A stretch of DNA of 64,000 nt from Owenia fusiformis (Eukaryota), in NCBI GenBank assembly GCA_903813345.2, contig CAIIXF020000001.1, forward strand, positions 7,254,001 to 7,318,000, written 5' to 3'. Every line of letters begins with the position of its first letter. Positions within the stretch are counted from its first letter, which is position 1. Shown piece after piece: positions 1 to 13,400 of the stretch. A program made the position numbers and the translations under genes. The notes below the pieces were generated by a model. The model had not been told where the DNA came from, made no database searches, and was given only the letters and a program-made list of their open reading frames with translations.

Positions 1-145
1 ATTTCAATGTTCATGTAATACACACATGCATTTATTTTAATGTTCATGTAATACACATATGCGTTTATTTCAATGTCCATGTAATAAACACATGCATTTA
101 TTGCAATGTTCATGTTATACACACATGCATTTATTTCAATGTTCA
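1..145. repeat. 33-bp tandem repeat derived from the last ATP13A intron
   Basis: ATTTCAATGTTCATGTAATACACACATGCATTT x4 or more; single copy at ~10991-11025 in the intact gene. Confidence 0.9.
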
Positions 146-847
146 TTTACCATGGGTGTCATTTCAAACTTTGTAAATATGGCACCATTCGGTGAGCTCA
201 CATGATGAAAGACCTAGTAATCTCTCCAAAATGACTCAAAACTGTAATTGAAACCGCCATAAAAAGCAATGTGTTCTTGATCAGGTGATTGGCAGTTTTC
301 ATCTGAACAACTGGAATTGTTGCCAAGTGGATGGAGGACAGACATACAGAAAGATGAGCTAAAAAGTGTCAGTCACATATTAAACACTTAGTTACTCATT
401 CTCTAAAAACAAATTACTTTACTCACCTCAAGGAGGAAGCATATGAAGAAGTTTGCGACTGCAATTCCAGGATCAATCTGAAGGGTATAGAGGGTGGCGG
501 TTGCAGCTCCATGAAGTCTATTATGAATTGCAGGGGGTACACTGTCAACCAGACAGTCACAGCTGTTAGAACTATCAGATTTGCCAGGAACCAGTCTATG
601 TGGAAAAATAAATAAAAAAAGTCAATGCCTTAATTAATATACCTGTAAGCATATATACTATAGGGTGTTCAATAAGTATTGCTTAATTGTTCAAACTTTT
701 GTCCTGTTGGTTGGTTGGTTAACTTTTACATTGTTCTGTCAAAATTTTCAACATTATATTATTTTAGACAAAAGTTTGAGTCCAGCACCAAAGTATACAT
801 ATATGTTTATCTTATGAAATACTAGGGCATATGGTAGGTGATACATT

Positions 848-1036
848 CAGGCCCGTAGCCAGAGGGGGAGCTGGGGAAGCTTCCGCTCCCTCCCCCCCCC
901 TGGCCAGAAATTCTTTCAAAATCATACAGTTTTTCACCATTCTGGGAATTTTTCGCATGATTTTTAGCCAAAATTGTGAAAAAGCCCCCCCCCTGGGAAA
1001 AAGCTCCCCCTGCTGGTAAAAGCTGGCTACGGGCAA
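848..1036. mobile_element. Short GC-rich MITE near the large deletion junction of the duplicate
   Basis: CAGGCCCGTAGCCAG ... CTGGCTACGGGC termini; a related fragment lies at ~51160-51265. Confidence 0.65.
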
Positions 1037-2429
1037 GCATTGCTAGCTACAATGAAATGTGTGAAGTAATTTATCATTATCGATATAATAAATCTCTTGG
1101 TTAAATTGGAACACATCAATCTTGAATCTCATTGTAATTATAAACAAGGCATTAGTCTCTTGCTTCAGTCTGTTCTCCATGACCAGCAGGCCCAGAAATA
1201 TAAGATCATTTTCCATCTGCTCTCTACAAGGAAAACAAAAATATGTTTGCATGTCCATTATTTATCTCAAAAATATAATAAAACTTGATTGCATTATAGT
1301 ATCTCAATTAAAGTTCATTGTTGGTTAATGAGATCAGGAAAACGGAAAAGAGAATGGGTGTCCAAAAGGATGAATTTGGTTTTGAAAGGAATTGACAGAA
1401 CAGGAATAAGAAACTGTAACATTTTCAGTAGAACAGTCCATCGCATGCCTTACCTCTGAGCTCTTTGTACCTTGACCAGGGACATCTTGGGCAATGGTTT
1501 ATAAGCAACAGCTATCACCCTGTAGCCTTGCTGGGTGTATTGCATTAATACATCATGGAAGTCAACAGGAACTGAAAATACAAAATGTATGAACATTGAT
1601 ATTGGTAAAAAATTCTGCAGGTTTATAGATCTATCCTCATGCCTCCAAAGCTGCGTTATTCAAAGAAAATATACCAAGCGATGAATTCAAGAAGTTTTTG
1701 TTACGGAAGAACATGAATTTGCAATAAATCATCTCACCCTGTAATGCCGTCATCGAAGAACAGTTATCAACAAATTTTACATATACAATTTTGTAAGTAC
1801 ATTTTATTTGATTGGCAAACCTTTGTGTTATACTGTACTATATCTTTTGGGGCTAAAATGAGTCAACGAACAATGTTTTCTCAAAAATGTCACATACCTG
1901 TTTCCTGCCTGCATAATGAGGCCACCATCTCTGGGGCACCTTTTGTATAGAGATCAAAGTGTGTGGAGTCCAGTGTACGTGTGATCACTGACATGCGTTG
2001 TAGGCTAGATGAGAAAGTGAAGTGAAGCACTATGCCTATCTCATAAGGTATATTCTGAAATACAATTACATTGATTGGCAGAGATCTTTGAGGTATTTAA
2101 ACTTTATTTACTCTTTGTGTTTCATGTCATTTCAGTTGGTTACCTCTTAATTACAAAAAACTGTGTAGAACTGGATGTAAGCATGGTTAACAGCAACAGG
2201 AGTTTGTGTTACTTTTTCCAAAAGTCCCTTTGTTTAATAAATTCACCCATGTAAGAAATGAAAATTATTCCACATCATTAATTCTAGTAGAATGCAATAT
2301 AAGTGTTAGACTATTGTTCTAATAATGTTTAGAACATAAATAATTTAGAACATTTAACAGTTATAATGAAAAATGTTTTACGTACAATAGTGTGCTATAT
2401 AAACACAAAGCATCTGGGGTTTTACGATC

Positions 2430-3285
2430 ATGTATTTATGCTCATTATTATATCTTTTATTGACATTTTATATCAGTTACATGATACATTAGTCACTAAT
2501 CACTACAAACTACTTCTACAACTATTCTAACTATTCAAAAAATTATTATACAGTGTGATGCACACTACTAAACATATTAAATTTAATTCTGAAACCATGA
2601 TATATAAATTTTCCGATGTGTAATTGAACAGTCAAGTGTTCATTTGCCATTAAACTTTTAAAAATATATGGGTCATCACAATCAAAACTAGGAATAATTT
2701 CTTTTAATTTTGAGTACAAACATTCTCTTAGTATTTCATATTTGTTACATCTTACGAGAAAATATTCTTCATCTTCAATACAATTACATGTTGAACATTT
2801 TCTCTCATTAAGGGGTTTAGGGAAAGGTTTACAATGTCTACCCGTCTCAATATGTAACTGGTGTGAACTTAATCTAAATCTTGCAATACATTGCCTATAC
2901 TTTCTATTATCTAACCTTAAGTATGATTCACATTCAAATTTGGTTTTATATTTACAATACGTTCTGAGTATAGGTGCACACATAATAGCATTTTGCCAGT
3001 CGGCACGATACTGTCTCATCAAAGTGTTATTTACATTTTTTTTAAATATTTGTCCCAGAATTCTAACATGCCACATTTTTCAATTATTTTGAAAACTCTG
3101 GATGCCCATGAGGGAAACCCAAGATTGTGTAACTCAAGCTCATACTTATATGTTTCATATAATATGTTAGTTGGGCATAGTCTCAGGATTCTAATCCAAT
3201 ATTTTATCAATTGTGCTTCAAATTTTATATACAATGGATATAAAATACCTGATGTAAATATTGCTTCAAATAAAATATTCTTATC
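2430..3285 (-). mobile_element. 3' fragment of a CR1/L2-group non-LTR retrotransposon
   Basis: ORF 2546-3076 contains ARFRLSSHQLHIETGRH...ERKCSTCNCIEDEEYFLVRC, the C-terminal Cys/His region of L2/Crack/Daphne-type ORF2, continued by frameshifted ORF 3031-3234. It occupies the place of ATP13A exons 15-16 in the duplicate. Ends approximate. Confidence 0.8.
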
Positions 3286-3980
3286 TTAAGAAGTCTCTAC
3301 ATGAATAATTTAATGGGACAAAATTGATTACTTATGTTTAATCAAAAGTCAAAACAAGGCTTAAGATGCAAAATGTCACCACCTGCCATTTGTTACTGAT
3401 GCCAGTTGCCAAAACCGTCCTCAAAAAAGTTGAAAACCATAATGATATGTTAGCACTTGTGGTGGTGACATAAAAACATTGCAAAATGAGCATCTTGAAT
3501 GGTGAATGTCAAACTTACGTATTGTTGCTTTCTTGACCGTAAGTAGGTACAATTCCCCACATATCAAGGCCATCTTCAGTTAAAGTACCAGACTGAATAC
3601 AGAGACACACAGAAAAATTGTTTCAAACAGTTTTCTCCAAAGCTTAACAGAAATATTGTATTAAAACATCTATAACAAGATGACAGTAATACATTTTACA
3701 GTTTGAATATTACTTAATAAAATATTAATGCAATATTTATTTAATCGTTTGTAATTTCCTCTTTCAATAAATAATAAAGTAATGAAATGATTTTATCTTG
3801 TACAAATTATTGTTTTTCATATGTTTCAGCTGCAAAATGCAGCAAAAAAGTTAAAAAATAAAAGCTAGTAATTATTAAACAGGTACGTGTACTGTATGAT
3901 CTTTTTCAAAACATTTTGGGCAATATTACTATACAACAAAAGAATATTTTAAATTTCAAATTTCATCTCTTTAGTCTAAG

Positions 3981-4964
3981 ATGAAGAGCTGCACAATTTC
4001 ATCAATAATTTTAATGGTTGGACTGATGTTGGTGCCAATGGTATCGATTATGACATACCCAGTGGGTCGTAAGTAACACTAAAAGAATACACAAGTATCT
4101 GTATGATTTATGTGTGATATGTACATAGTACAATTACTATTGTTTATGTTAAAAAATAGGCTTGAAATCTGCTGGATGTGTATATAATAATAATACTGTT
4201 AAGTCATTTGCTGAATCTGGAAACTATTTAAATTCAAAATGTACATTTTTATTGCACATTACTTGTATATACAAACTTGCAAATGGTTACAAAAGTGTGA
4301 CAATTTGTTACGAAAGCAAATCACCACTGCTAAATGCTGGTCTCAAAAAACAAAGGGCAATAAGATACTAATGTTTCCTCTTCTTGGTTGTGGAAAAATT
4401 GGAAAGGCATTTCAATGAACAATATATATACTTCATAAAATTACAAAATACTTTTGAAAGGGGGCCTCAATCAATTTTTTCATTTTGATATTACATGCTA
4501 CTTACAATTACAGTACGTGTATAATGTCATGGGAGGCCATTTTCTTCCATTCATTAAGCTTCACAAACCCATGATTATAGATTAAAAAATTATAAAGTAC
4601 CTTAGAAATAAACTAATAACAAATATATTTGGAGGAGTGCAAAATAATGGCTGGCAGTGAGTAGTTAGAAAACCTAACTACATGTACATTCTAATTTATA
4701 AGAAATATTTTTAACACTGATACGGTTTTATTTAGACCGTGATAACACAACCTTATTTTAAAAGTAAACCTTTGATATAATAAATATTTGACTTCAAAAA
4801 CCCAAAATGGGTATACTATATATATTTTAGCTTGTGAGTCTAATCCCTGCCAGAATGGAGGTTCCTGTGTGCCTTATGATGATGGTACATTCTCATGTGT
4901 GTGCCTATCATCATACAAAGAAAAGCTGTGCCAGACTAAAACATCATTTGTAAACTGTTGCTAA
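3981..4964 (+). CDS. Nested secreted single-EGF-domain peptide, copy B (73 aa), inside the ATP13A duplicate
   Basis: Exon 3981-4068 encodes [29 protein letters not shown] with a phase-1 GTAAGT donor. Exon 4831-4964 encodes (P)[43 protein letters not shown]. Frame open, splice sites intact, all 8 exon-2 cysteines kept. The only indel versus copy A is 9 nt and in frame. Confidence 0.85.
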
Positions 4965-7900
4965 TAAATGGTGAACCAACAACAAATGACTTTCAGAAAC
5001 TTGCACATTTTCTATAAAAAATTTTAAATTGACAATAAATTTCTGAAAGAAGAGTAAACTTCATTTATGTTTTGTCAGACTAAATGCAAACATACCTTTA
5101 TCAAAATGAGAGAGAAATGGTAAAATGCTAAATCTCACCAGAAAGTCAAGATCAGGGAGGCTATTTCAAGAAAATATAAGGATTGCTAAACAGGTGTTTA
5201 TTTTGTAGGTAACTAAATAAAATTAATTGACTTACTTTATCAAAACATACAACATTTATTGAGCCAGTGACATTAATACTACTAGGACTGATACAGTAGA
5301 CCAAGCGGTCCTTTAGTCTGGACTGAGCAAATACGATGCCTATGGTCATGGCAGCTGGCAATGCAGGAGGAACGACAATTGTCACCAAGTCTAGGACACG
5401 CAGTACCACATGACCTGCACTATCTCCACGTTGAACCTGAAGATTAACAAATTAATACAAATATCAATTTTCACGCTCTTTTCATGTTTTCTTACATGAA
5501 ATAGTTACTATTACGGTAATTATTTCGAACTTGATGAGCATGTGTGAAATAAAAATAAGAAACAAATCATATATTTTGTAAACAAGTTCCTAGCAAAGAA
5601 TAATTTTACTTAAAAGTGGTATTCAGTGTAAACTCTCTTATTCTACTATTTTGCAGTTTTGGTTTAGCGTGATTTGTATGATTTATAGCTCTATGTGCTG
5701 TGGTGCTTTCTTTTCAAATGTTGGTGTACTGAAAAGTAAACCAGCTGCCAGAGCTAAATATTTATATCGATAGGGGCCTTAGTTAATGTAAACAACCCTT
5801 GACACAATTACCTGTTCTTATGACAACTGCCTTAACCTTCTCGCTGCCATAGTAACGTGTTTGAATGACCTTAGTGCCACAGAATAGAACATGTCTTGAA
5901 TGTTGCTTTATGTTAAACATCACTTCCTTAATGGTAGATAGCTGAGGGTTTGGCAATGGAGTCTTAGTGACTGGAACACTTTCCCCTATAAACAAATATT
6001 TTACATGAAAAGGAAACTAGAATGACAAATTAATAACTAATTAATAAATAAATATAAACTAGTGGGTAATAATGAAAAGTTTCCCCCATTTCTAAAGCGG
6101 CGATCTTGAAAAAAATTACTCACCAATATACAACTTTGCAAAAATATGAAGCAAATCCATCCACTAGTATTCAATTTATCTTATATTATATCTTATGGAC
6201 AGACAGACTGACTGACTGATGGACAATGGGCTTCACTATATCCCTACCAAACTTTGTTAGTATAATCAAGTGTAAGAGTTATCTTCCGTCAACTGAAAAT
6301 ACATTACCTGTCAACATGCTTTCATTGACAATACAGTTTCCTGTGATGAGAACGGCATCAACCTGCATGACACAGCCCTGGCATGGAATCTCGATGATAT
6401 CACCGGGGACCAATAAATCTGATGGAACATCTGCAAAGTCTGGAATAAGGAAAATATTGACACTATTATTTGGCCATAAACATACAGTGCCATGCAGGAA
6501 AAAGAAGGTCTGAGGTTAAATGAATTTAGTTTTGTGTGGAAAGTGGTGCAACAATACTATGCAACAACTATAGTAGTAAATCCAACAACAAGACAGTGTT
6601 ACAAAGATATTCACAAAATTGTTAAATGCAAACCATAAAATGTTTTTTTCAAGTACAAGTTATAATATCATAGATTTGGGCCTCTTTCAGAAATAAATAT
6701 TAATTCTCCAAATTGATTTACCATTCTTTCCCTGGCATACACCGACAATTTCTTCACTGTGGATGGTCTCCTTCAAAGCTCTCTGCATCTACAAATAATA
6801 ATAATAGCGTAGCTACTACTTTCACAGGTATCTTCACGACAAATGCATTTTTTTAATAACGTCTATATCTCTATCAACATACTTAACACAATAACGCATG
6901 AACTAATGCAACTTATATGTATGGAATAATACCCTCATATAAATATTATCAATACTGGTTACTATACGAATAAAATTGGCATATTTATTGGATAAATAGA
7001 GATTATTTACTGGGAGGAACAGAATATACAATGGTCAACAAAAGGTCAGGCTATGGAAGAAAAACATCATGGATATTGATATCTGCACGAGCCAGCAAGC
7101 CAAGTGCAGGTATCATACCAATTTATAGATAAAAATCATATCACTCAAAATTCATAGGATATACAGCACTCAATGTATCAATTTTGTAAATACAGTGTAC
7201 TGAACATTATAATGAAACATGTGTCCTTACCTCTGTTATTAGAAGTACAAGTTAAGTATAGGTTTAACATGTACACGGATAGAATTAAAACCATAGCTAA
7301 CTCTCCTGAAATATAAACAAACTGTAATAATGACTCCTTTACCTAAAATCATTTGTATAATATGATGTACATAGAGTGTCAAAAACAAGTAAACCAATTT
7401 TTCTATCCCTAAAAGGCTAAATGCTTATTTTTAAGCTATTTATTATAACTAGTAAGTAGTACGATGCTTTCTGACACCAACTTATTGAGACATAGACAAA
7501 TTCCATGTGTTATATAAAATTTAATAATATTCCACTATGACAATTAATTATAAAAGGATGCAACATTATTATATATTAGGGGTAGCAGTATTTACTTATT
7601 AGATCAATACTTTCAAAATGAGAAAGTACAATAGTCAACTTATTAAAGACTTGTACCTCCTGTCTTTATCTTTCTGTGATAAACCCTTTGCCTCATGGAA
7701 GTATGAACATGCATGGTTGCTCTCAAGGCCCCTAAAATGTAAACAACAAAAACGATGAAAGTGAGCGTACATTGAAAAATGTTCAAGAACTCAACAATTT
7801 CTTATTAGGAAAATATGGGAAACAACCTCTCAAAAATTAAAAATGCACTTTAGTCCCTGATCTGGACCCTCTGAAAAAAAGTTTTGTTGTCCAGTACTTT

Positions 7901-10444
7901 CCCACATAAAATGATTGTACCGTTTGAAAGAACAGACTTCCCTCTTAAAGAAAACACCTCTTCTATTGATGTAAACAGGGGCAAAAGGCACCAAAACGGT
8001 CTAAAGTGCAATTAACATAATATATGTGTAATATTTTATTATAAATAAAAACCACATAACAGATGTACTTCAAATGTTCACACATGTTACATGGTAAAAA
8101 GTCCTAGACCTCATTATTTTTTCGGTGACCATCTTGCATTCTGGCAGCCATCTTGGAAGTTTTAAGATAAATCTTGTCATCACGATTTAAATGTTGTCTA
8201 GCCTATCAGATATTTTTAAATGAATGATCGAGTGCCTGAGTACATTTTCTCAGATTTTATTCTGCTCTAATTTTTGAATTTCAAAACAGCTGATTTGTTA
8301 TTCGCTGACTTTTTGTCCTATATTTTTTATGAAACATAGTGTATAAACTGATGTTGTTTTAAACCTTGTTTTATTTTATAACCATTTCTAAAGTACAGTT
8401 AACATAATATATGTGTAATATTTTATTATAAATAATTGTTTTATATTTCTTTCTATTGCATATAATTCCAATTGTAATTTATAGAAATGAATTGAATAAC
8501 ATGTATTTCTTTTATGGACAAAACATATTAACACTGCTACAGTGTACATTACTTCTCATATTAATTATATATAATACTCATAGAATTTTTTTTTAAAAAT
8601 CTGAAATCTGAATAAACAAAAGGAAAAGGAAATATGTGTGGTGCAATTATTATTGTTAAGTGACGGTCACAGTGCTATATTTCAGTATAACAGGCTACTT
8701 CACTGAAGGCTAAATCAGATTCATGGCAGTCATATTTGAGGTAACATAAATGTAAAGTAAGTTATGAAAAGTAATGTTGCCAAAAGTAGTTTCACTGAAA
8801 TAGCATCATGCTATAACCAGCAGACCTCTACACAAAATTCTATAGAATGGGTAAATAATACTTCCCATTCTTAGTGAACACTAATGGAGTAAAGGTAATC
8901 TTTTTTGGCACACCCTGTATGATATTTGCAAAATACTGTATTTTAGCCTGAATAAAACATTACCAGCTAATAATTGTAATTATTTTCACTGTACTATTGT
9001 TTTAGAATACTGTCTAATATGATTTAAGGATTTAAGTACAACAATCTATCAGATGGACATATGCATGAGATTAATTGTAAACATAGTTTTAAACACTCAA
9101 TAGGTCATTAACATTTTTCGAGGGCACAATTACAATTGCAATATATCTACTGAGTATTATACACATACACAAAACAAAACATTGGACTAAAATTCATAAA
9201 TTAATCCACAGCTGGTTTTAATGATTTGAACTACACAAATTCACATACATAAATTAATACAACTGGACAAAATATAGTCAAAATAAGCGTGGCATGGTTT
9301 TTGCTGAAAAAATCTTTTAGCTAAGCTTGAAACTATCTTGGCTGGTGCTAATACCTCCCACTCCAGCTATTATTATATCTTCCATGATTGGCAAGAATAT
9401 GTGGAACAATGTTTCAACATTGTAAGAAATAAAAATCTAACAACAGCAGCCCTACAGCTACTGCTCATTTATTAATATCATCCAAAATGTACAAAAGCAT
9501 GAATAAAATACAAGGCAAAATGGAAGCACAATATATAAATAATGATTCTAATATTTACAATTATTGAGCTAATTGTCTTGGGGACACTGCACATTCAAAT
9601 GTTAAACACTGTGCTGATGTCTCTCAAATATTGAGGACGTGGACACTGGTCTCTCTGTTGGAAAACTAGAGTATAGTATTATAAGAATGAATTCTTTCCT
9701 TTTGTCAAAAGAACATGGATTGGGAACATTAGGGATAAAATGGGAAGCAAATGAATGCATGAGCAGTATCTCAAAGAAAATCAATTTTAAACTTCCACAT
9801 TGTATCCACAGATTAAGAGATACAAGTATGGCTATTAAATACATAGTAATTTAATTTGCATATGCACTATGTAGAACCAACAAAAAGGTCACATGTCTCA
9901 TTTAAAAAAAGCAAAAACATGGAAACTTACTAAACCAAATCTTATCGAACTACATTAGATAAATCTTGATATGACTTTTGTAATGTCAACATTCAAAGAA
10001 AATAACCTAATATGGACTTGTACTGTGATTCTCAGTACATAGCTGGTGAGAAGACAGTGGTCCTTACTTCAAGACCAAGAATGTTATATACTTCCTTTAA
10101 TAAGGTAACAATTTTAAAAAAAAACAGAAAAAATGAGTATCGAAGACTACACAAAATATCAATCCTACAAATTGCACTTTACAAAAACTGTTGTAAAAAG
10201 AAGTCTTCGTACATAAAGATACTCAGCTTATAGACTATAAATATAATATCATAATAAAAAAAAAGTAACCCATGCAACTGACAAATATGAACTCATGTGT
10301 GTGACTCTTAAGAGGCAGCCAATTAAGGGAGATTAACCCTTCATTAACACACAATTGTAAACACTGTAAGAATTCAGGAATTAAGCCTTGTTTATAAGCA
10401 AATATGAAAAAGCCATAAGTTCTTAAGCACCAGTCTCCCTTATG

Positions 10445-13400
10445 TCATAGTTGGGTAGCACTATGCCCTAGCTGTAAAAGTGGTACATTGTTATGTGTTG
10501 TTAAGTTGCTCATTTGATGTAATTGTTCATTTCTTATGGTTCTGTCAATAGGGACTGGGTATGTATCCACTAAATCTGTGGGTTCCTGACTGCTAAGCAA
10601 TGGTACCACATTCCCCTCAACAGGATGATCGGGAAGTATTGCATTGGGGTTTGATGAGCCACTATTGGGCGAGACAAGACTAGCTGTCCCACTGTAACCA
10701 CTATCTGGTTCTGGAGATTTAGGACTTATCAGCTGTGTGCTATCACTGAGAGGTGTCAATACAGTAGTGGGGCTAATGTCATCTACATCCACTACTCCAG
10801 GGGAACTTTCAATACGGAGGAGGTCCACAATTGACTGAGAGGATTTAACAGGTGGCCACTGTGGAAGCTCTGCAATTTCTTCCTCTACTGCCTCATAATG
10901 GTAGCGATCATCACGGTTCATGCAACGTTGTAATGCATTCTGGCATTTCTGCCTGATGAGATTAGTGTCTATGAGGAAAGTCTGCAAGTACATGTAATAC
11001 ACACATGCATTTATTTCAATGTTCATTTACCATGGGTGTCACTTCAAACTTTATAAATATGGCAACATTCAGTGAGCTCACATGATGATAGACCTAATCT
11101 CTCCAAAATGACTTAAAACTGTGACAAACAATGGTGTAAATTACTTGCACAAGGCCCCATAATGTGTTCTTGATCAGGTGATTGGCAGTTTCCATCTGAA
11201 CAACTGGAATTGTTGCCAAGTGGATGGGAGGACAGACATACAGAAAGATGAGCTAAAAAGTGTCAGTCACATATTAAACACTTAGTTACTCATTCTGTAA
11301 AAACAAATTACTTTACTCACCTCAAGAAGGAAGCATATGAAGAAGTTTGCAACTGCAATTCCTAGCAGGATCAATCTGAAGGGTATAGAGGGTGGCGGTT
11401 GCAGCTCCATGAAGTCTATTATGAATTGCAGGGGGTACACTGTCAACCAGACAGTCACAGCTGTTAGAACTATCAGATTTGCCAGGAACCAGTCTTTGAG
11501 GAAAAATAAATAAAAAAAAAGTCAATGGCATAATTAATATACCCATAAGCATATATACTATAGGGTGTTCAATAAGTATTGCTTAATTGTTAAAACTTTT
11601 GTCCTGTTGGTTGGTTAACATTTACATTGTTCTGTCCAAATTTTCAACATTATATTATTTAGATAAAGTTTGAGTACAGCACCAAAGTCAACATGTATTT
11701 ATATCTTATGAAATACTATTTGTTGGACGTTTAACTCTGAGCGCTGAACACTATCCTCATATATAAATATATCGAAGTAGGAATGTTAACATCCCAATTA
11801 CTGGCTCAACAAAATGAGGCACGGGAAAATACTACTGAAATTTACTTACAATTTGAGAAAATGCTTTTCCTATAAGGAGAACCCTTGGAGTATATGATAG
11901 CTAGAGTAATGTACTGGAAGGCAGAGACAATAAAGACAGCATTCTCCTCATCACTGGCGTATTCGTCGTCTTCATTGGGAACAAATGGCTCAAACCTGTA
12001 GGAAAATTGCCAAGTGTCATTATTAAGGTTTTTATATTGGAATGGAATAAAGAATCAGTTACATGTTTTTAATATTATTCTATACATACAGAGGAAACAG
12101 TAGAAACCTCACTAAATAGAAACAAGGTATATACAGCCAGATGTGAACCAGTAGAGGTTGACTGTCAAGGGTCTACAGGATAATCCCTCTGGAGAACATT
12201 AGGATTATTAGGAATAAATGGCAATACAAGGAAGCAGGCGATTGGAAGCATTACAAGAACAGCAAGGAAAGCATCAAAATAGCTCTGGATCAAAAGAGCA
12301 GAGAACTGGAACACAAAATACATGTAGACACCAACTAGAAGTATTTAGCTTGAGAAGCACACACTTGTCCCACACCACTTTGTAGGGGTCACCTGGTAGA
12401 GATATACAATGTTGAAAGACCCGAAATAACAATGAAACCTGAGGCACATTGCTGATGATGGGACAAGCACATAGAGTAACACCAAAGTATGTTTATCAAA
12501 GTACATGATTAAATTGTCACCTTCTCCATAGTCTCTGGACATTGCCAAATGACCACTGCTTATGGAAATTCTTAAAAAATCCTCTACATTTCATTGATAA
12601 AACGTCCCTCCAAATATTCCCAGAACTTAAAGAGGATTTTCATCATTTGAAGAAAGGTTCTCCCCTGCCAATGTAATCTTACATAAAATATTGTGCTGCA
12701 TAATTACTAATTTTAAAGTTTTTTAATATTGCGTAAATTAAAAGGGCATCAAATTAATATTTTGAATTTCCTTTTACTTCTCACAACATTTCAAAAAAAT
12801 TGGAGGAATAATTGTATGTTATAGCAGTTTGCACCTACCATGGTTGTTCCTTAACATAGAACCATGTCCCAACTTGCACAGCAAGCATAGCAGACATCTG
12901 TATGAAGAGAGACATAATAGGAGCAGTACTGATCAGACTCACAGGAGGACGCTCTCGTACAAGTTTAGGGTATGCTCCTGTTCGACCATCTATAAAATGC
13001 AAAATTAGTTAATAGAAAACACAGTGAAATCATGTGCTTTATTTAAGGGCTGTTACTAGAATCCATGCTAAATATTTTAAAATTGAGCTATGAAAGTGAC
13101 TGACTCCTCCACATATAGTCATACAATTATCACTGAACATGGAAACCTTTTGAAGATAAGGGTCAAATCAACCTACCAGATATTTTAACTATATAATATG
13201 GATGGATATGAGTACAACGAGGTTAATTTACATGAAAATGAAATGTAAAGGAAAAATTATGCTCACATGTAATACTGAGTGTCGTCAACAAGGCTAGGTC
13301 AATGTAGAGGAACTGGAAGTCTGTCAGGTTAGCACCAATCCAGTAGAGTAGAAGAACTGATATGAACTGACACAGAGAATATGTGGCCATGTATTTAAAG

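Larger units (their letters stand above)
1..7845 (-). pseudogene. Decayed partial tandem duplicate of the ATP13A gene (continues off the left edge)
   Basis: Collinear copies with homologous introns: exon 6 (~7657-7731), 7 (~7231-7305, 5-nt insertion frameshift), 9 (~6722-6788), 10 (~6308-6439), 11 (~5812-5985), 13 (5236-5436), 14 (3519-3592, DKTGT->DKSGT), 17 (1898-2054), 18 (1454-1571), truncated 19 (~1155-1223) and 26 (427-595, 4-nt deletion). Exons 1-5, 8, 12, 15-16 and 20-25 are absent. Confidence 0.92.

Noticed and set aside
812-1040. Three overlapping ORFs on both strands
   Set aside because: By-product of a GC-rich MITE.
1-7845. A second functional ATP13A paralog or alternative exon cassette
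   Set aside because: Frameshifts, loss of the TGDN and GDGAND exons, and no 5' exons or promoter.
8010-8435. ~35-bp AT-rich direct repeat about 390 bp apart
   Set aside because: No TIR, TSD or coding signal that I could support; probably part of a decayed repeat.
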